Positions 54,882-63,657 of a stretch of 63,657 bases of DNA are shown in pieces. The translations under genes were made by a program, and so were the position numbers. This DNA is from Octopus bimaculoides (lineage: Eukaryota). The first letter of the stretch is position 1, and each line of letters begins with the position of its first letter. The notes under the pieces are model-generated. The model worked only from the letters and a program-made list of their open reading frames with translations. It was not told where the DNA came from and did not search any database. The stretch covers positions 60,946,979-61,010,635 of the forward strand of contig NC_068984.1 in NCBI RefSeq assembly GCF_001194135.2, written 5' to 3'.

Positions 54882-54891
54882 NNNNNNNNNN

Positions 54892-54936
<45 letters not shown>

Positions 54937-56209
54937 GGCGCGCTCGCGTGCTCGTAGTCACACACAGTCAACACTTTTACTGGTGCGCACCTACTTTTGA
55001 CCAGTGAAATATTTTCAGTATTCTGAAGCCCTGAAAACGAGGAAGCGCAGACATTTAACAGAAATAGGGTTTAAATATTTACATTTAAACAATAGAATGG
55101 GCGAGTCTTGAATGAATGAGAAGCGGTCACTGTCGTTTTCAAATCTGTTTGTCGCTAAATGCTGAAGATAGAACACGACAATTCCAATAAAAGAAAGCGG
55201 TGTAACATCGGATAATGAGATTAATGCTGTGGTTTGATTCTGTAATATAATATTGCTTTCACATTACTTACTTAGTTGGACATAGTGTATGACTGCCTTG
55301 ATGGGAGAGATTTCGAATGAATGCTTGTCAATTGACATTTTTGGATTAATTTGGTCGTTTAATCCCTCGATAGTCAACGACTGATGCGACTCCTTATTAC
55401 CTTCATTTCTTTCTCTCTAACTGAATCTCTTTCTCTTCTTTCTGTTATGAAGGTTTGACTGTCTATCTGTCCTTTGATCCTCTTTTATGAGCTGAGCTAA
55501 GGTTAATCAAATCCTTATTGATTTGCAATAAACAACTTTTGATTAGTCAGAGTGTTTTGTTGAAATCAGTTAATGAATTTGATGTATTGCTGTTCACCGT
55601 CATTGATTAGTTCATTCATGACATCATCATTCAAGCTGTAATATCTGTTCTTGTTAACGAAAATTTCTAATTGGAAAGAAAACTATCAGATTTCAAATTG
55701 CGGGACATGCTACATTTTCGGAAGATAAATATAAAAAGATAGATAAACCTCTTTCTACCCAAACATCTCTCAAACTATTTACACTGCATATCTCTCAATC
55801 TATTCACACTGAATACACACACACACACATGCACACACACTCACACACACACACGCGCAAATCACACGTACACAGGTGCACAAACACACGCACACTCACA
55901 CACACATTCAAAAACGTATACACATACTCACGTGTGTGTATGAATGTATAGAGAGATCCATATATGAATAGATTCATGCACACGTTTTCGCCAATGTCTT
56001 TCTCTTCTGAAAACTTTCCTCGGCAAAAAAGAAAGAAAAAAAAAATCCCAGCTTTTCAGAAAATGGAAACGCACACTTTTTCACGAACAAAACCACATAT
56101 ATCATGATAGTGATATCATACGTACGCATACATACATACTCAATCACACATAGTTACTCATGCGCATACATTTTGTATGTCTGCATATATATGTGTGTGT
56201 GTGAGTATA

Positions 56210-56255
<46 letters not shown>

Positions 56256-56328
56256 NNNNNNNNNNGTGTGTGTCTGTGTGTATAGAGATATGCGATGATT
56301 TGAAAATTCTGTAAATGATAATAATATT

Positions 56329-56587
56329 TTATGAGCTGAAAGCTCATAAGCGATCACCGTGTATTGACTAAAGAAAATAGTCTAATATTGGGGCATGTAA
56401 GACATCGACGGAAAAATATGGGTTTTCCATACGCGTAGCACTCGAACCCACAACAATATATTATCGCGATAAGTGTGCTACCATTTACACCAACGTACTC
56501 ACTCACGTATTCCCGTCGAGGGCTTATAAGCTCCAATATTTGTTTTGGTCAATATACGGTGATTGCTTATTAGCTTTAAGCTCATAA
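56329..56587. mobile_element. MITE / foldback element with long terminal inverted repeats
   Basis: ttatgagctgaaagctcataagcgatcaccgtgtattgact matches the reverse complement of ggtcaatatacggtgattgcttattagctttaagctcataa. Complementarity extends about 90 bp inward. No ORF of note. Confidence 0.75.
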
Positions 56588-56866
56588 AGTAACATTATTA
56601 TTTATAGGATATATATATATATATATATATANNNNNNNNNNGAATAAATTGTAAATCCAAAAAATAACAACAAAAATACAAAAAAAAAAAATAACAACAC
56701 CGCAGAATCCTTTGTATTTTTGTTGTTATTTTTGGGATTTACAATTTATATATATATATAGGCGAAGGTATGAGAGGTATTGGTATCTAGAAGACCCCAA
56801 AAATGGACAGACCGTAGGTTCGATAGTGATACAGATGACGAGTATAATGTGGGTCTTGTATTTACA

Positions 56867-56905
<39 letters not shown>

Positions 56906-56923
56906 CAAAATGAGATAACAAAG

Positions 56924-57503
56924 CCAATGCTGTGAGGTGTTTGCAGGACATTTATAAAGAAAAAGCTATAGATATAGTCTTACAGCTGTTTCTAGGATAT
57001 TATGGATATCCCTTCATCAGAGAGGATGAAGGTAAATGTTTGAGTTCGAAATAAGGAATTATTATGGGAAATGAGAAGATAGGGAATATAGAGGGAAATG
57101 AGACAATGAAAGTTGAAATAAAATATAAAATATGTAAAGATATTGCAATTTCAGTTCCATTATTCGTGGAAAATGGTATATAGAAGTGGTAAAAATGTTT
57201 CCTGTACATGGTATGTAAGTTCCAATAGCATGTATGTTCCAATAATAGTTCCTCGAATAATGTAACTGCAGCTACCATATCTTTATATATTTTATATTTT
57301 ATTTCTACTTCCATTCTTTCATTTCATTCTTTATTCCTTATTTTCCATAACAATTCCTTATTTCGAACTCAAATATTTACCTCTATTTAACCATTTCACA
57401 TCTTCTCTGATGAAGGGATATTCATAATATCCCAGATACAGCTGTGAGACTATATCTATATCGTTTTCCTCATAGATGTCTTGAAAACTACTCACAGCCT
57501 TGG
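56924..57503. mobile_element. Penelope-type inverted-repeat remnant (arms ~230 bp, spacer ~110 bp)
   Basis: 56924-57155 is the reverse complement of 57265-57503. Each arm holds a CTGATGA...GAAAC-AGCT-GTA-type motif. Confidence 0.75.
56978..57023 (-). ncRNA. Minimal type I hammerhead ribozyme motif (PLE type)
   Basis: Minus strand: tct-CTGATGA-a-gggata-tccataa-tatcct-a-GAAAC-agct-GTA-aga. Core intact, stem III palindromic (ACAGCTGT), 3-bp stem I. The base of stem II is mismatched. Confidence 0.6.
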
Positions 57504-58052
57504 ATTTTTTAAATCACATTTTGTCTAATAAGCACCAAAGGAGCACTATATTTTACGAAGTCACGCTGTTTTATTTTCAATTTCCGATCCGAATAGATCA
57601 TTCTAATATTTTACGACTTCCAAGTTATCATATAGAATTGACACTCTCCCCCATTTTAAGTATTCTAACTTACTTCATTTATATTTCTCTTATGGATAGT
57701 TATTGAGGTGAGTTTAGATATAATATTTTCGTGGTTAATGCCCTCTTAATTGAAACCTGATACCGTTTTAGAAAGAACGAGTTACATGAAACAAGCGGCA
57801 AGAATTTACAATTCATATGGAAACCAAATACCGTAAACAACTACTGCAAAATACATTACTTTCATTCGTTGTTTTGAACACCTGATCTTTGTTATGGGAT
57901 TTGCCACACCTACGCTTTGTGCGTATAGGATACTGTATCTGCTTGTAAATAGCATTAATTTACAACTGAGATAATCAGAGCCGTGTTAACGGGAGAGATT
58001 TTATACATACATTACATACATACATACATACATACATACACACATACATACA

Positions 58053-58088
<36 letters not shown>

Positions 58089-58520
58089 TGTTTGCAACTA
58101 GATTCGCTTGTTGTGCGACAATTATTCCATTCGGGCTTCGGCTCTTATTGTTAATCTCGTTAAGCTCCCACCGTTGCTTATTCACATGGGACCCTGCACA
58201 TTCTGGAGTGGGCTGTAACATGGTATAAGAGGACATCAATAACGGGGAAGATGTTCTGTGTTTTCTAATTATGTGTGTGTATGTGTGTGTATAAATATAT
58301 ACACATATATTTATGTAAATACATACACACACAAACACACACACGCATAATCACACATATATATATATACATATATATATATATATTTATACATATATAT
58401 ATATTTAAAAACACACGTGCACACGCACATATCGACGATACACATGATACATACATACTCGCGCATACGTACGTGTGTATGTATGATATGTATACATATA
58501 TACGATATATATAAAATATT

Positions 58521-58613
<93 letters not shown>

Positions 58614-58811
58614 TAATGAAACTTGTGTAAAGTCGGGACAATGCGAGAAGGTAGACATTAAACTACAAGAGGAAACTAAAAACTAAACAAAGTAAACCTG
58701 CAATCTCTTTAAAGTTATACAAAACAATGTTTTACCGAATCCACTTCATTTTCACACACACACACGCACATACACGTATGTATGTATGTATGTATGTATA
58801 TATATACACAC

Positions 58812-58853
<42 letters not shown>

Positions 58854-61254
58854 TTAGCTTTCTCGTTCAGCATTCTGTGTTTGTAATCTGTACGGAAGAG
58901 TCATGGTTTTCCATTCTTCGAAAGTGAATACAATATGTTGCAGAGCATATAATGAAGTCCAATCAACCGACGAAACCTAATCCCAGCCGAGAGTGATACG
59001 GTACTTAATAGAACAAAAACCAAACAAAATCAATATTATTGATTTCTTTCGTGATTACACGATCTTATATTTACTCTTTCTTGAGAATATTGTTGCAGTA
59101 AATGAAGTGAAAAGCCTTTAAACTCCGCATTAAACATAGAGCACCCTCTCGGTTTATACTATATAGCCTTATCGTAATTCAAAAGTTGTTAGGATTACTA
59201 ATTTAGGTGATTCTGTATCAAGGTTAGATTGCAAGTAATAAATTTTTTAATTGTATAAAGTTCGTTAATTTAGTATTCCCTGGGGAGACAAGAACCCTGA
59301 TTATTAGAACAAATTCCTTTATCGAATGAAAAGCATTAAATACGGATGTGGTAGCTCTATAAGCATGGGGTCTTGCGTACAATTATTCTCTTAACCAGAG
59401 TCTAATATTTGAGAAAGTGTTTTGTGAAGCTGTTGGTTAATCATTATTCAGTCGGAATTATATACCCAATTTTGAACAGAAAATTACCACTTATGGCCCT
59501 GAACCGTTCAAGAATGGACAAATCCCCACAAAATTGAAAGCCCATTAGAAAAGTAAAATCTGTTGATATCACTCAAAAGTATTAGGTGAAAAAATATTTG
59601 AACCTCAATTTAATGTAATTATTGACTACTTAAAGCGGTTTCCAAGATATTATTTTTTACCCACTACTAGCTTTCTCTTTGTCCTCATTCCACTATGCTT
59701 GTATACGTTATCTTTGAAAACAGGACATTCATCTTCCAACTGTTATTCTTTTTATTAATATTTTATTGGCGGTTCTAGAAGGACTGCTTTTGCAGAGTAA
59801 GTCCACAGATTCGTTTCGCTTTGTAATGCTACTGTTTACTGTGAATACTAGGTAGCTCTCATCCGAAACTTTTTCCACTCAATTAGATTCACCACTACGC
59901 ACACGTACATTTCAAGCACGAAAGTACTTCTGGTCTTTTCAAACAAACAAGACCGGGGATCCTAGCAATGCATCTCAGACTTTGCACCATTGAGCTAGTT
60001 TCTGGTCTTACAACATTCTTCAATCACTCCCTACATGCTTAAATCCAACTTACGAAAATACACATTAGTGATTACATTCTCAAGAAGAGCAGCACTTCTA
60101 ATCCTGCACATTTCCATCCAATTGCAATCACTTCACAAGCTCAAAAGTTGAGGAACCAGTGGTTAACGGGAACCTTTTACAACACCTAGGAATCTCGCTT
60201 CTTTTTTTTAATTACAAAGAATGTTTTCAAAGCAGTATCAAAAGTTTGTAATACCATTGATGCATACACGCCGTCCAGTCAAAGACCAAATTTCAAAACC
60301 GAAAACAAAAAAACGGTGGTTTTTACTAGATCACTTTCAGCTAACTACATGGCCTTTACGTGAAAGAAAAGGGGATATGGTCGAGTAGAGCGATCTGGTT
60401 ACAACCGTTCACTAGATCTATTAACTAAGAAATATTCATTAGTTTAAGACGTTAATTTGGATCTGGAAACGAAGGAATTGATACCTAGTTTTTAGTTACG
60501 CATTTCGAGGTAATCATTTAGCTGACTTGCAGTGTCATGGATTTAACACTACTAAGTAACATTTATGCAACTAAGCGAAATAATTTTTAGGCAACATTGA
60601 CTTTCATTCCAGTAATAAGCGTAAGTTCATTTCAATGTTTTTAGAAGAGTTATTATCCTCTTAAAGCATTGATGGTGTAATTGGCTCCAAGAACCTGTGA
60701 AAATTCCCTTTAAAAATGGATAGTGATAACTGCAGGTATACTTCATTGTAAAGGGAAGAAATCTTACTATCGATCTCATTTAAAAGTAACACTGTATCTG
60801 CTTGATTATTATTCGTTTGGAGAATGTAAATATTCTCTAACAAGCTACATCTGGAGTAGCTGGATAACGATTCTAATTAATTTTTCTCCGCTGTTGCAGT
60901 GTCGAATCAATGACAAAAATATTGATGCAGAGCAAGAACAAGCAATTGTAAATTGCTTTTGTTGATATAAAGAAGTATCTGACAGAGTGAAAATTACAGA
61001 TGTCCGGGTTGATAAAATGTCATGCAAACAAGCCAACAGGTTGATGGTTCCCAGTCAATCACCAGCACCGTGTAGTGTTTTTGTCTAAAATAATTAACTG
61101 TCGCTGGTTCAGGATACTTGTTGTAAATAGTTGTCGTGAGTTAGATACAACTTACCACTTCGAACAGGGAATACAATATGACAAATATTTTGTTAACTGG
61201 TATTGATAACTCAAGTTTTCCGTTTCGTTTGCTTGGAGAAGATAACAGAGATCT

Positions 61255-61640
61255 TGAGGATAATGTTGTTGTTGATATTGATGTTGTTGACGATGCTGAC
61301 GACGACCATCATGACGAAGACGACGACAACGATGAAGATGATGATGACGATAATGTTGACGATAAAACTTCTGACGATACCGATGGTGATGATGTTAATG
61401 GTGATGATGATGATGATCCTGATGCTGATGATGGTATGAATGTTAATGATAGCTTTGATGACTACAACAACGATTATAATACTGAGGATAATGATGTTTG
61501 TGATAAGAAACACTAATTATGTTGGTGACGCTGACAACCATACTTCTGAGATCGAAGATACTGATAATGAGATTACTATGAAGTAATATGAATTTATGAC
61601 AACGACTACAACGTTGATGATGATGATGACTATGTGACAA
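61255..61640. repeat. Degenerate (GAT/GAC)n trinucleotide repeat
   Basis: It produces the Asp-rich ORF 61178-61516. No splice or domain support. Confidence 0.8.
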
Positions 61641-62974
61641 TGAGGACCTGAATAAAGATTATTAAACAACATTGATAATATAGTGTCTTTTTAGAAAGAA
61701 ATTAAATATACACTACATTAAACTTGATACTGTGGCTTAAATAACAATAAAAAAACTCTTTCACATTCAGTGAGTTTTCTACGACTTCTTCGTGACTTTT
61801 CGTTTTATTATTTGAGTTAAACATCTGGGAGATGTATTGCGACGGACATAATGGCCTGTGGCAGTAACTCTTGACTTCTTATTTCAAATCCTACCATGAT
61901 GGACATTACCTTTTTCTTTCTGGTCACGATAGCATAAGATACTAGTTAAGTACTAGATTCAATTTAACTGATTCAATCCCCACCCAAATTTCTGAGCTTG
62001 GGTCTTTGTTAGAATGTATTATTTACATTATAATATAATTTTCTGTTACTAAGAAATAATAATTTCTTATATATATAAGCACTAGGACACATTGTAGAGG
62101 ATAGTATACTGTATTAAATTGAGTGGTCTTATACTTAAGACCAGTAAAATCAGACCTGTTATACTTAACAAGTCTTATCTTATCGAATTAGAGGAACGAC
62201 GAAAGAAAAAAGCGTTCGTAGGTGAAATTTTGAATTTAGAATCTAAAGACACATATCTAAACTTTTGAAATTGCATTTTTTGACGTCTGGCGCGTTGCCA
62301 AATCTGCCATCTACAGCGATAATGAAGCAAACATTAAAAGTTACAACATTAGAAAAAAAGTCTAAACGACGGAGATTTTTTTGGCAAGTACTTAATGCTC
62401 ATGACTGATTGTAGACATTTATCTTCCCAGCAGGCCTGCTAACATGACACTTTGTAGAATTTGTAAATTAACCGCACTATAAAAATATGTAAATAAAATA
62501 TGAAAATAAGAATAGAAAATAAATAAATAAATACCGAATCAGAAACGAAACACTTAAATTTTCTTTATTGAATTATCTCAAAGTTAAAAACATGGGCAAG
62601 AATTAGTGATACCATAAACTGTTTTCTTATTTATTTTCAAGAAAAGACATATATGTTCTATTTTCTTAACCTAATAGCATTTCTAGAGAGCTCTGTGTAG
62701 GCAAAACTGATAGAAACTATGTTATAAAATGTTAGTTTCGTTCCCGAAATATCTGAGGTCCTGAGTTCAAATTTCATTACGGTCATCTTAAATATTCATT
62801 CTATAAGCATAGATAATACACTAAAGAACACTTCGACTTATTTCTCATCAGCTGTAAATGACTAATGTACATAAGTTTCCGGTAAACCATAACATGGCAA
62901 TGCATATCATGGTCTGTAGTTGGCATACTTTATATAAGCTACAGTTATAAGCGAATAGAATATTTCCTTTTCCT

Positions 62975-63135
62975 AAGAGGTTGCTAAGTAGGTAGTAGTG
63001 TAATCCACTTCAAATGATTGTCTACCTTTCACCCTTTCGGGCTCTATAAAATAAGTACCTGTTGAGCTCTGGGGACAATATAATCGACTTACTCTCCGCC
63101 ACGAAATTTCAGGCCTTGTGCCTATAATAAAAAGG
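62975..63135 (+). mobile_element. tRNA-derived SINE, family A, decayed
   Basis: tacctttcaccctttcgggctctataaaataagtacctgttgagctctgggg...caggccttgtgcctataa. Confidence 0.7.
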
Positions 63136-63657
63136 ATTATTTAAATTATGTGAACCTCTATCCCGCGCAAGTTGCCAAAAAATATAGCATTTTGGGTTGG
63201 TATGAAACTGATAATGTGCTGTAGTGTTTCCTAATATAAAAATTGTGACGATATGAAAAGTAAAAACGAAAGTAATCTAAACAAAGCTAAATACACTAAA
63301 AATACAGAAACGAAACAAAAATATGTAACAGAATACAGGAAAAAAGAACAGAAAGCAAAAGAAAATGATGAAAAATTTCCATTCTTCGGAAGCGAAAACA
63401 ACATATTTTATATTTACAATTTTGAACCGCTCACTCACATTACTGAAAAGTAAACATGACTCATTACATTCATATGAGAAAACAAGACAGCTGTTCGTGG
63501 TTAACTTTCTCATTTCCTGCTAATAATATATTTTCTTTGCAGGAAAAAAACCCCAAAACACCCTGATAATCAAAATAATTTTACAAGAAACAAGAAGTGA
63601 TCCATAAGAAAGCTAACTCACACACACATGCACATTCTCTCACACAAATAAAAACTC

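Noticed and set aside
60901-60965. Strong plus-strand acceptor (tttttctccgctgttgcAG)
   Set aside because: All frames stop within 22 codons, the donor is weak, and the peptide is not recognisable.
61178-61516. 112-aa Asp-rich ORF resembling acidic biomineralisation proteins
   Set aside because: It is a degenerate (GAT/GAC)n repeat that continues past the stop. There is no signal peptide or splice support.

Overview
AT-rich, gene-poor eukaryotic genomic DNA from a draft assembly, with 15 N-gaps, almost all inside microsatellites. The repeat families suggest an octopus or other coleoid cephalopod (inference). Nearly all ORFs in the track are translated microsatellites or decayed transposons, and no intact host gene can be supported. 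Recognisable content: (1) at least six decayed R4/Dong-clade (restriction-like endonuclease) LINE pieces, mostly next to (TAA)n arrays, one of them a clean internal-deletion derivative; (2) many tRNA-derived SINE copies of several families; (3) Penelope-like element (PLE) remnants with minimal hammerhead-ribozyme motifs; (4) a non-autonomous Helitron, a MITE and a Tc1/mariner fragment. The most interesting signal is a repeated unit made of a tRNA-Arg-like Pol III head, an (AAT)n linker and a hammerhead tail. At 38.1-38.5 kb this unit lies directly downstream of a PLE GIY-YIG ORF end, and elsewhere it occurs without that ORF. Weak host-gene signals are reported at low confidence: one FN3-like candidate exon, a few micro-exon candidates and possible cadherin-like relics.
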